This document shows positions 25,301-36,673 of a stretch of 64,000 nt of DNA, piece after piece; position 1 is the stretch's first letter, and every line of letters begins with the position of its first letter. Source of the DNA: Takakia lepidozioides (Eukaryota > Plantae > Bryophyta); NCBI GenBank assembly GCA_030704615.1, contig CM060731.1, positions 4,216,001-4,280,000 of the forward strand. Reading direction: 5' to 3'. The notes beneath the pieces are model-generated. The model did no database searches. It saw only the letters and a program-made list of their open reading frames with translations, and was not told where the DNA came from. A program made the translations under genes and the position numbers.

Positions 25301-28300
25301 TGTCATCCAACAGACTGCGGACCAGCAGACTGACCAGCAGACTGCCTTTCTCTCACATAGCACGGCGTTTTTTGCAGTTTGGCGATCGCCATCACCGGTA
25401 ATTCGACCCGGAGCTGAAGACCTCACACTTCCCTGGCTTAGGATGGGAGAAATTAATCCCCATTTGGATTGGCATAATGAGCTCCACCGGATTGTTGCGG
25501 ACCGCCGGTGGTCATTTGTACCCTTTCATTATTCCATGGAGTTTTCTATTGAGAAAGCCAACCATGTTGTGGAAGCCGCCTTTGCTGTTGCCATTGAAGC
25601 CACAAACGTCTAAAATGCGCCGCCTCTACTTGTGTAGCTGATTCTCATGGATGACCCACGGCCTGAAGACCTCAGACATATGCCTATGGTACATCCAACC
25701 TTTGGGGTGCGAAGAAAGCACTTGTTCGGATTGACTGAGGAGGACTTTGAGTGCATGGCAGCTTCCTTCTTACAACACAGATGGATGCAATTTGGTAATT
25801 TCCGCTCATACAACAAGTTGATGAAGGATCTGCATAGTTTGAGGATGGACTTACTCCATGGAACAGACCATTCACAGAAGTTTGTGGTGGATGACGCATT
25901 GCACTGGTTTGCATTGGTGATGGAGCGAGCAGTATTCGACATTGTTTTGCAGAATCCCAATGTCTTCAAAGTCCTGTGGTGTGGGATCCCAACTGAAGAC
26001 CGCATAGGCGCCATTGCTCATCTCGATGGAGCATGCCTGTGCCGGCAAATCAAGGACATTGGCCTCGTCAAAAATCTCTTGGAAGGTAAAATGTTATGGG
26101 CAACTTTCGTGTTTCAGCTCAATTTCTTTTGCCAACTTTTTTAGAAGTTCACATTTGCATAAACATGTGTTGCAGGGCCAGTTGATCTGGGAGACAAGCA
26201 AGTGCAGGCTGCTTTCGACTCTTTTGCCAGAGGTGCAAAGGACCTTGTCTTGGCTTTACAAGGAGTTCGGGAGACTGTCCAGCAGAGTGGCCACAAGAAT
26301 GTCCAACAACATATTCCCCACGACACATGTGGACAAACTGCCCAAGTGCTGGAGACCGAGCATGTGCACCAGACCGTCCCGGGTAATAGGCCGGATCACT
26401 CCCAGCAGACTGCCCCGCACACACATACTCAGTATGTACAAACAGTACCGAGCGGGCAGCGAACTTTGCAGACTTTGCAACAGACCGGAGAACAGACCGG
26501 CCAATAGACTGCCCCTCAGCCGACAATGCAGTAGACCAACGAACATGGCCACCAGACTGCCCCTCAGCAGACTGTGCAGCAAACCGTGCAGCAGACCGAC
26601 GAATCCAGCCAGCAGATTGCCCCTCAGCAGACTGTGCATCACATTGGCGAACCCACTCAGCAGATGGCCGAGGAGACTATCCAGGAGACTAACAGCCAGT
26701 CTGTTCCCTGGATTGTGCAACAGACTCGGACGCACTGGCCTCACCGAGACTGGCCTGTGGACGAATTTCTGCTGAGTTCCCAACAACATGTTTTTGGATA
26801 TGCCAGTATGAGTGTTTTGACCGAGTCCACTTTTCCCCCAGGCACATTCACTGACGACGTCATCAGGTCACCGGTAAAGCATTCTTATCCAGCTCCCCGT
26901 GCCCTGCCTTCTATGACCTTCCAGCTTAGTCTCGTTTTCGTGCGCTTAGTGGCAAAAGCCATAGATGAGTCTTACGTGATGACCGAACTCAATCTGGGAA
27001 CGCAAAACCGTATCATAGATCTTACAGAAGAGTCTAAGGAAGCAATTGCCGGTGGGTCTTCCATACATGTTCTTGATGTTTCCCAAGTCCATGGAGATCC
27101 GAACACCCAGCCGGCTGTCCACCAGACTGACCAGCACACTGAACAGTCGACACATGGAATGACTGCCGAGCAACCTGTGGCGGGGCAACATATTGTCTTC
27201 ATTGATGGGCAAACTGAACCGCAGACTAACCAGCAGACTGCACAGGTCACAGATGGAAGGACTGACCAGGATGGCTCGGAGCGGCAGATTGCACAGCTCA
27301 GCTCTAACTGCACAGTTCAGATTGCACGGCCTGACCAGCACACTGCATACTTCACAGAAGGAAGGACTGATGACCAACCTGCCACCGAGCACACTGCCCA
27401 CATTGAGGAAGAGACTGAACCCCAAAGTTGCCAACAGACTGCACAGTTCACAGACGAAAGGACTGACGAAGAACCGGCGGCCGAGCAGACTGCCCACATT
27501 GAGCAACAGACTGAACATGCTGGCAGGCACACTGACAAGGAACCACATGCGGAGCAGACACCGTCTGGTATAGCGCTGGATTACATGGAGTCTGCTCCCA
27601 CACCCCTTGGGCACGTTGTGTCATTTCCTCTTTCAGCACTGTTGTTTATGTTTTAGCACATTGTGAAAGTGGGCTAATTTGCCATTTTGCTCGGTATCCT
27701 CACAGGACGTTCGTCCCTCCGTTGGCAGACTGTCTACTTCTGAGGACATGACATCTTCCGCCCATGCTGCAAACGTAGGATCGACAACCAAGAAAGGTGT
27801 GGGGGTGAGCACGCCCCCCGATGCGCGGGTCAGTTCTACGCATGCGACCCACGAAGCTGCAAAGACAGGTCCAGCAAGTGTAAACAAACCTGCTTACCAG
27901 CCTCTGTTGCGAAGTAGGGCGGCAACGCTGCGTTTGTCTACTCTATCCAGCCCGCCTACAGCTGTCTTTGCTTCCCAGGGGAGAGGCAAAGCCAAGAAGC
28001 GGACTGTCGTGGACCATGCTGAGGAGGTCGAGGAGGGTCCGAGTACCAAGAGACCGGCGAAGAAAAAGTCTGATGTCTTTATGAACAAGAACCGCAAGCT
28101 GGCCTTGGACATGGACAAAGATGTGGGTCGTTTCCTGGAGCAGCACATGTGAGTACTGTGCTCAGTCTCCTCGTCTTTCTTTGTCGTTAAGTGCTTGCGC
28201 TCTGTTGTGGTCAGTCTGCTGCTGGTTTCATCATTGTCTGTTGTGGTTAGGCTTGTCAGTCTGATGAACTGTTCAGCCTGTAGAGTGTTTGGTACCATGT

Positions 28301-29346
28301 TGACGTCAGTCTGTTTAGTACATGAGACTTCCCGAAGGATGGTCTGCTCTGTGCAGGATGGGTGCTCAGTTTGGCAAAGCACATGCTCTGCACGTCAAGG
28401 CAGGTAATTCCATGCTGTTGTTTTTTGAAGGGGACCCACGGTTTGAATGCGGACTGTCGCCGAATGACATAAAGGCGCTCCAGAAGGTTGAGTCGGAGTG
28501 CACAGATAGACTCCTGGAGCTGTGGTGTCGATTCTATGAGAAGTCGGTTGAGGCTGCGTTCACCAACACTATTGCTGTTCTTCCAACGTCGACGTGGACG
28601 GTGTTGAAGTCATTGGGGGTGGGGCAACGTGAAAGCCTTCTAGAGGTCTTGAAAGGTTGCCTCAGCACTGAACGACTGGGCAAGGACTTGAAAGAGTGCG
28701 ATTTTCATTTTGGTGCCAATTGGGGACGAGTAAGAACTCTTCCGAGTCTGCTGAGACTGTCTCCTGAGTCATAGTCTGGTTTCGCAGTGTCGTCTTGACT
28801 CTGAGCGATTAAGTTGTCATCTGTATGTGTGCAGTGGACTGGGTTTGAAGATTGAGTCTGTTGAGTGTCAGTTTGCCCATCATGATTGTGCAATGACGTC
28901 ATGTTGTTTGATACCATTGCAGGGGGCATTGGAGTGTTTGTATCATCGACCTTCGCAAGGGCTGTTACACTCACCTGAACTCTATCAGGGACTCGCATAG
29001 TTGTCCCTTTTTTCTAAGGTGGATTTGGAAGCTTCATGCTGAGCGCTTAGGGTACTCGATGGACTCACCGGAGTGGCATGAGATTGTCCAAGCATTTCAG
29101 TTCCACGCGCCTGATGTGCCCCAGCAACCATTCAGTTGGGAGTGTGGCTTTTACGTCATGTCATTCATTCAAGTGTTTTATGAGTGGGTAAAAGTCAGAG
29201 GAAATGTCTCCAAGACTGCAAAGCCAGGGAGAGGAACACCTTTCACGAAGGACTGGTTTATTTTCAAGTTTGCACTTGGGCAGCGAATGCAGTGTGCCCA
29301 GTATATCGTGCGGGGGTTGGACAATGTAGAGAAACTGCTCTCATGA
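22395..29346 (+). pseudogene. MULE-1 cargo gene(s): degenerate PHD/RINGv/CW-like fingers, Gln/Thr-rich repeats, unassigned LWCG domain, C-terminal Ulp1 (peptidase C48) domain
   Basis: Ulp1 hallmarks LSPNDIKAL…DRLLELWC, VMLFDTI, VPQQPFSWECGFYVMSFI…KDWF. Upstream fragments read CISCGK/GESEETQLCDG, CRICQETD and WILCTKPD*. Frameshifts and in-frame stops are present; no intact catalytic His motif was seen. Whether this is one gene or several is unresolved. Confidence 0.75.
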
Positions 29347-29819
29347 GTATGATGTACTTGTCCTGTGAAGTCTATGTACCGAAATAAAAAATGCGAGTCT
29401 TTTCGCTTAGTATTCCAGTGGTGATGAGCACTTTTGTGTACTGTAGGTGCTCACATGTTTTGTAATGTTGTCACTAAACTCAATGGACACAATGGTGTCA
29501 ATTTTTCCATGCACTGTGCACCCGAGTCTGCTGACCTTGAATGTGCGAGCAGTACGCTGCCGAGGCTAGGACTGGTGGGTTTGGTACCTAGTCTGGTAGG
29601 CACCATGTCCATGAGTCCGCTGGGACGCTGGATTGGCATGAGTCGTTAGAAAGGTAGTCCACTGGAGCCTGTCCATTTTGAGTCTGCTGTTGTGGATGAG
29701 TCTGCTTGAGACTTAGTCTGTCCAGCAGTCTGCTGGAAGAGTTGCAGGGATGAGGTGGAAGTGTGGTGAGCAGACTTTTGGAGTGGGCAGCAGACTGGCT
29801 TACTGGCGTTCGCAGTTTG

Positions 29820-30040
29820 TTGACTGTGACTCTGTTGGGAGACTGTGTGTGAGTCCGTTGGGAGACTATGCTTGGGAGACTGTGTGGGAGTCAATTGGGA
29901 GACTGGAGGAGTCCGTTGGGAGACTGTGCAGGAGTCCATTGTGGGACTCTGCAGACGTCTGATGGGAGTTTGTGCCGGAGTGTGCTGGGATTGTGAAGAC
30001 TGGAGGAGTCCGTTGGGAGACTGTGCATTAGTCCATTGCG
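29820..30040. repeat. Tandem array of ~22-27-bp units (gagtccgttgggagactgtg…) between the convergent 3' ends inside MULE-1
   Basis: Repeated gagtcc(g/a)ttgggagact units, each with an agtc…gact inverted core. Confidence 0.8.
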
Positions 30041-30152
30041 GACTTGTATTTCAGAAAGGGACAATGCTACCAGAGGAATTGCAGACTTATATTGTCTTCT
30101 TCGTGATACCTACACGACCTGAAACCTTGTCTCTTTTCAAGGCATTGCAAAT

Positions 30153-32632
30153 TTATATTGTCTTCTTCGTGACACCTACACGACTTGAAACCTTGCGAAT
30201 TTTCGAGTATATATGTGCTGCAGGTGCAGGTGCAGACACCCTCTTGCTAGTTCTCCGCAAAACCCTAGGCCGGGTTTTCGAGGCCTCCACGAAATCTCGT
30301 CTCCTTTTCAGAGACATGTTGTTGTTGTTGTTGTTGTTCAGAGAATGGAAAGCCTTCGTTGCCGCAGGGTGCAACATTCCAGCCGCACTTTTCGCCAAGA
30401 TATCAACGAGCTGCCCTCTGCACATACGAAGAGCAGATCGGGCATGTGCCTCCAGGTATTTGTCATCACCTACAATGCGAAGTATGTCCGCGAATTCTTG
30501 TTCTATTGAGGCTGAGACCTCCAGAGGTGCCTCGTCGTAGGGGAAGTCGTCCGGAGGATGTCTTTCCATGAACTCATTGGATTCGTCGTTGCCGCTGGCA
30601 CCATTGCCCAAGAGCAAGTTAGGTAATCCTCCATGAATGGTTCCCAGCCCCGTGCCACAAGCGCGCACAAAGAGGCCATCCTGCAGGTCAGTGTGAAGCA
30701 TCTTCAGGACACGGACCTGATGCTTGCATAAATTTCCCTTCATTGCCCCTGGGCACGTGCAACAACCCCAATCGCAATCAGGATTGTAAACAATGTATGT
30801 TGTACCGGGGTGGTTCTTCAATTCCTCGATTCTCCTTCTCTTTTCCTGACGTTCAGCATACGTCAATCTTGGCTTACCATCACCGCTTCTGCTGATTTGC
30901 CCAGCGAACTGCCATTGGGTTTCGCCACAGGAGTCTGCCAGTGGACTGTAGCAATGGACTACTGCAGTGGACCTCGACAATGGACCGGTGTTGTGGACCA
31001 ACAGACTTACCAAATAACGTTGATTTCTGCTTCGGCATCGTCCACAATGAAGGCATTGGGTCGCCAGCTCGGCAAATTTGTGAGGAGTGAATCGCGCAAG
31101 GCTCTCATCCACGGAACCAGGTCTGTTGTCCGATTCCTCTCAGATAGGATATAGACAACTGGTATACCGTTCAACCACTCGTCGAAGACCATCAACGTGT
31201 ATAATGGGAACTGTTGGAATGCACAATGTAAAATGGTCAGAGCATGCAAATTCCGCTCAGTTCTGCACGAGAAGACTTCATAAGAGTGATGAGGTCTGCA
31301 GCGGTTCACAATGGGTCTGCCCCTTGGTCTTCCGCAACGTACACATGAAAACATACAGAATGGGTTAGCACACCAAATTTTATGTGAATGTTGCATGGTA
31401 CTATGCTATCATGCTCGTACAAGTCCATGGAATCGTTTGAATAGTACCTTGTCATGATTTGTCCCAAAGGTTGCATCACATGCAACGATACGGTCATGTC
31501 CTAGTTCCAGCATTCGTCGTTTCTGCCATAGAGTCTGTATGCCAATAGTGAAATGTCAAATCTCCATCAAAATGCTCGAATGTTGGCTCTAATTTCTCCT
31601 ATTGATAGAAAAAAACGGACGCAAGATTCTGGTCTCTCCACTTGCGCACACTCTCCGCATCATCGGCGTGCTTTTTGAAGGTTTGCCACACACGTTTCTC
31701 GGCAAGGTTGCGAACATCTTGCTCCAACAAGAAATCATCGCGGGTCCATGCATCGCCCAAGCCGGTGTTGTTCATCACGTGCTCTTTATGCTCCATCATG
31801 ATTTGGGCGACCGACAGGCCTCGGCACAAACACTCGACGACCCAGGCTTTCAATTCCTCGCTAATGTGTGGTGCATAGGCGTGGCGGGTGTTCCTGAACT
31901 CTACGGACTTCCCATGCGAGGGTTTCCCTTGCGCATATGTATGCTCCATGTTGTTGTAGTACGTGAGGACACAGATGTCAGGGGCGAGATAACATTGCTG
32001 GACCTTGAAACAGCATTGGCAACCACGCTTGTAAGACTCTCCCTACTCCGACTTCTTTCTCCTTGGGCCTTTATGAGGGCAAGATGTTCCAGCACCCACA
32101 AGAGGTCCTCCACGCTTCTGTTTTGGATCCTCCACTATTGCCTTGTTGGTGCGCTTGTCATCAGGACCGTAGCAGCATTGATACCTGGACAGAAAATTCT
32201 AAAATTGATATCCAACGACTTGAGGAAGCATAAAATCAGAGAACTCGTGAAACAAAAAATGGCAACAGACATGCAATGAAACGTCAAAAGGACTGAGGAT
32301 GGTGCACACATAATACTGGACAAAAATGTGTTGGCTCTGGGTGCTTTTCGCGAGCCGGGTTCCACTTTAGAATGGACATTCACCCAAAACTGAGTGGGGT
32401 AGTCCTCTAAACTCTCATCTCCCAGGACAAAGTCACCAACTCTATCCCAAGGTATGCAGGCCTTTTCAACATTCACTCGCACACCCATAAACCCATATTG
32501 TGTCTCACTCTTCCAATGGAGATCCTTCCTGTTGAAGGGTCCTGGTTTTGTTGTTTGCAAACATTGTCGAAGAGGCCGTATAAGCGGGCTTTCCGTGATC
32601 AGTATATCATCGGGTTTTGCTTCCACGTCCAT
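30153..32632 (-). pseudogene. MULE transposase with C-terminal SWIM finger, resembling the At4g13970/At1g60560 family; frameshifted and apparently internally deleted
   Basis: IPWDRVGDFVLG…PTQF; HAYAPHISEELK; RDDFLLEQDVR; FTIGIQT…ACDATFGTN (first catalytic D); FPLYTLMVFD…IPV; FIVDDAEAEI (second D); SWIM CTCPGAMKGNLCKH. The CxxH/catalytic-E region between the second D and SWIM is not visible, and there is a stop after FFYQ. Confidence 0.88.
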
Positions 32633-33339
32633 GCCCTATACAGTACAAAGGACACGCTTCTGAACATGCAAGAAACGCGCCGCAATACATGACACGATCG
32701 ACAACGTGCGGACTGGCCAGCACTGGACTGGCGGGCAGACTGGCGGACTGGCAGACTGGAGGACAGCGGACTTATGGGCGGGGGACTGGCCGACTGGCCA
32801 GCAGCGGACTGGCAGACTGGAGGGCAGCGGACTCATGGGCGGGGGACTGGCGGCGCGGTTGCTGCAGCCGCGCCCGCGCGCAGCGGCGGGCGGGGCGGGG
32901 TGCTGGGAGCCGGGCGTCCGTGCGCGGGGCCCACCGGCTACATCACACGTGCCCATTGAAGACCCTATTATCTTAAAATGAGAGGCGAAATATATATACA
33001 TATATAGCCAATCGGAGTTAGTGTAAACAAGAGCCCTTTCCGTTACGGTTATGGCCCATTTTCGGATGGGCTATGACGTATCTACAAGGTAACTAGTTGG
33101 CCACTTTCAACCTTGTTTTTGATTAGGATGAGTTGTGAGTGATCTGAGAGCCGCAAAGTGTAGGGTACGAAGGAGTTTAGCGGTGGCCATACTATGAGGT
33201 AGGTACAGGATACATAGGAGATTACACTTGGGCTTAGATGACACGATTTTTGTCCAAGATCTCAAAAATTTATTAAACTTTAAACAAGCCCAAAAGCTCG
33301 TTTTGGGCTCGATGGGCGTTTGAAGGTTAATACTCCATG

Positions 33340-35030
33340 TGTGAAGAATTGAAATCTAAGACCAAGTGCAATTTCCTATGTATCCCAGTGCGTCTCCTAT
33401 GTCGAGGCCCATCTAAGCCCAAGTGCAATCTTTTATGTATCCAAGTGCATCTCCCGTGTAGAGGCCCAAGAGTCCACTGTCATATAAGCCCAAGTGCAAT
33501 CTCCTATGTATCCAAATGCGTCTTAGAGGCCCAAGTGCGACCTCCAGTGTCTAATGTCATCTAAGTCCAAGTGTAATCCCCTATGCATCCAGAGCCCTTG
33601 CGGTTTGGGAGATTGCCACGTCATTGTTCCAACAAAGCCCACTTTGCTATTTTTGCAATCTCCCTTGTCGAGGCTTCATATATTGATATATCCACTTGCT
33701 ATTTTTTGCAAATTTCCAGCGACCAAAAGTACTTGAAATTCCAAATCTCCCACATGAAGGGCCAATCATTGTTCCAGGAAAGCCTACTTTCCTATTTTTC
33801 CCGAATTCCAGAGACCAAAAGTACTTGAAATTCCATATCTCCCATACCGCGGGTCCAAAAATCATGAGACCAAGCCGGTGCACCCCTCCTCATCGAGGGC
33901 TTTCCAACATCACCATGCACCAAGGCTGGGGCCCGCGGATTGGGAGATCTCAACGATGCTACAAAACAAAACAAAACAAAACAAATTGGCTTGCTGTGTA
34001 TATTGGCTAGGGTAGCTTGTGCTGTTGGCCCAAGTGTGCAGTGACATCTAAGTCCAAGTGCAATCCCCTATGTATCCAAGTGCGTCTCCTATGTCGAGGC
34101 CCATCTAAGCCCCAATGCAATCCTCTATTCATGTATCCAAGTGCATCTCCTATGTAGAGGCCCAAGTGTAAGCCCAAGTGCAATCTCCTATGTATCCAAG
34201 TACTTCCCCCATGTCAAGGCCCAATTTTTTTTTTTTCCATGAATTTATTGAGTAGTAATATATCCAATCATTATTGATATATCTCCTGTCGAGGCTACAA
34301 TCGTTGCCCCAAGAAAGCTCACTTTGCTATTTTTCGCTAATTTATGTATCCAAAGACCCCCCCTTCGTCTAAGTCTAATTGCAATCCCCTATGTATCCAA
34401 GTGCCTCTCCTATGTCGAGGCCCATGTGTGAAGAATAATATATCTAAGTACGACCTCTAGGGTTGCCTGTGCTGTTGGCCCAAGTGTCCAGTGTCATCTA
34501 AGTCCCAGTGCAATCCCCTAAAGTGCGTCTCATATGTCGAGGCCCATATGTGAAGAATTGAAATCTAAGCCCAAAGTGCAATCTCCTATCTATCCAAGTG
34601 CTTCTCCCATTGTAGAGACCCAAGTGCAATCTCCAGTGTCCAATGTCATCTAAGTCGAAGTGCAATCCCCTATGCAACAAAGCCCACTTTGCTATTTTTG
34701 CAATCTCTCCTATCGAGGCTTCCTACATTGATATATCCACTTTGCTATTTTTTGCGAATTTCCAGCGACCAAAAACACTTGAAATTCCAAATCTCCCACG
34801 TGAAGGGCCAATCATTGCTCCAGGAAAGCCCGCTTTGCTATTTTTCTAGAATTTCCAGTGACCCAAAGTACTCCAAATTCCACATCTCCCACACCGCGGG
34901 TCCAAAAATCATGAGACCAAGCCGGTGCACCCCTCCTCATCGAGGGCTTTCCAACGGCACCAAGCACCGTGGCTGGGGCCGCGGTTTGGGAGATCTCAAC
35001 GACGCTACAAAACAAACAAAACAAACGTCT
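33340..35030 (+). repeat. Minisatellite (ccaagtgcaatctcctatgtat / ccaagtgcgtctcctatgtcgaggc units) interleaved with a ~400-bp direct duplication (~33620-33985 and ~34675-35025) ending in (CAAAA)n
   Basis: Both copies contain aaagcccactttgctatttttgcaatctc…ccgcgggtccaaaaatcatgagaccaagccggtgcacccctcctcatcgagggctttcc…gggagatctcaacga(t/c)gctacaaaacaaa. Confidence 0.8.
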
Positions 35031-35231
35031 CGCTTCATATATTGATATAGTGGGTTTGTTTGATACCAGACCAGTATTAATAATGCCTTGGTATTGGTTG
35101 TTCAAAACTCTAGATATTGATACCCATAAAACACCACATCAATAATGATTTTTGCCAATACCAGTGCTTCCCTGGTATCACCGTTGGACGAAGGCCTCTA
35201 TACTCTATACCAGTTCCAGCATGGAATGTAC

Positions 35232-36059
35232 CGGTGTTGTGCGGGTCCGGGTTTTGAAGGCGGGTACCTGGCGGGTTAGGATCCGGGTTACCCGCACCCG
35301 TGCTATCACAAAAAACCCGGACCCTGAACTGGGTTCATTTCTAAAATGAACCCGGAACCGGGCCCGCCTGCTGGGTCCAGAACCCATTAAACCCGCTACC
35401 CGAGGGCCAATATAGCGGGTCAGGGTCCGGGTCTTAATTTTAGATAGGGGACGGCAATAGGCCGCTGCAGCAGCCAGCCCCACCACGTTGTAGCCCAGTG
35501 GTAATGCCCACATACCACCTCAAAAGCGGTTGTGGGTTCAATCCACGGAGTGGTGTCACAAAGTTGTGCCCTATGGGACCATAATTTACACCTCCCAAAG
35601 GAGGCATGATCCCGCACATCCATGCTATAGTGATCTACCCTTGAGGCATATTACTATTCTTAACATGTTTAAAGAATTGATATTGAAAAATAGAAAATGG
35701 AACTCAAACTTCTATTTTAATTCTTATTCATGGTATACATATTCATATTCATGGTATATTTTGAAGGAATGTCTCTTAAAACAAAATTAATTATTAGGAT
35801 TTAAAGTTTTTTCCAGCCAAAGATAATTTTATCCCTAATTAATATTATTTTTTTCTAATTTATTTAATCAATAAATTAGTACCCGGATCCGAACCCGTGA
35901 ACCCGCTAATATTATCCGGACCCTAACCCGAGTCCGTGTTGACAAACCCGGACCCGGATTTTCCAAATTTCAAAAACCCGAATCCGGACCCGGACTTGGC
36001 TCCGAAAAAAAACCCGCACCCAGTGGGTTCCTTAAAAAGGCAGAACCCGCACAACACTG
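35232..36059. mobile_element. hAT-like MITE with acccg/cgggt subterminal repeats, containing a short tRNA-like SINE fragment (~35488-35575)
   Basis: TIR cggtgttgtgcgggt / acccgcacaacactg, with many ccgggt/acccgg motifs at both ends. The 8-bp flanks match only 5/8 (gaatgtac vs gtatgttt). Confidence 0.75.
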
Positions 36060-36222
36060 GTATGTTTCCTCCTCTCACGGTAATGAAGGGGCCTGATGTG
36101 TAGAAGCCGTGGGGCGGGTGTTTCTATTTTATTTTCAAAAAAGATAAAAAGGAAAAAAGAAGGAAAAAAGAAACCCCCTTGCTCACAAATTGAATCAGGC
36201 CCTTTAATAAGTTTTCAAAGCC

Positions 36223-36470
36223 ACCAACAGTCCGTAGCTCAGTTTGCTAGTGCACTGAGTGCACCCAGAGGATTCTGGGATCAAATCCTGCTACTTGAGG
36301 GGTGTGGTATGTTGCTTCTCCCCCTTCCCTGGGCGGTCCCATTCCTACGCCTATATGGCGGGGTTACTGTGAAAGAGGTTACCTATTTTCTCCTCTCACT
36401 ACCAAGGGGGCCTGATTTGCAGTGAGCTGCCGCTCCCAGGCCCTGTTTCCCTTTGAGAAAAGAAAAAGTG
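36223..36470 (+). mobile_element. tRNA-derived SINE just upstream of TMA7
   Basis: ccaacagtccgtagctcagtt…gtgcactgagtgc…gggatcaaatcctgctacttga…aagggggcctgatttg…tcccagg, closely similar to the copy at 62441. Confidence 0.8.
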
Positions 36471-36673
36471 AAATTGTTTAAGAAAAAGATGGAGCAATTA
36501 GGGCTAGCGTGGACGGGGGGTGTCGTTCCGCATCACATCCACACACGCAGCAAAGGAGCGGGAAGAAAGAGGAAGAGCCGAGGACGCGGGTGCGTGTCTG
36601 CGTGCGCGATCTCCCATCTCGCCGGCTTCACTGCGTGCTAGCTTGTGGGTCGTACTGCAAAATCTTCGAAGTC

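Larger units (their letters stand above)
21670..32986. mobile_element. Mutator-like element MULE-1 (11.3 kb), Ulp1-carrying, defective
   Basis: GC-rich TIRs of ~220-280 bp (gcctctcattttaagatcatagggtcttcaatgggcacgtg… / …cacgtgcccattgaagaccctattatcttaaaatgagaggc). Perfect 9-bp TSD gaaatatat (21661-21669, 32987-32995). Contains a transposase on - and a Ulp1 cargo gene on +. Confidence 0.95.

Noticed and set aside
26256-32279. Long antisense ORFs inside MULE-1 (26256-26789, 26946-27614, 29845-30540, 31602-32279)
   Set aside because: Shadow frames of the real coding strand or of low-complexity repeats.
33340-34680. CRISPR-like repeat/spacer array
   Set aside because: The repeats are degenerate, the 'spacers' are themselves repeated variants, no cas genes are present, and the context is eukaryotic. 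It is a minisatellite.
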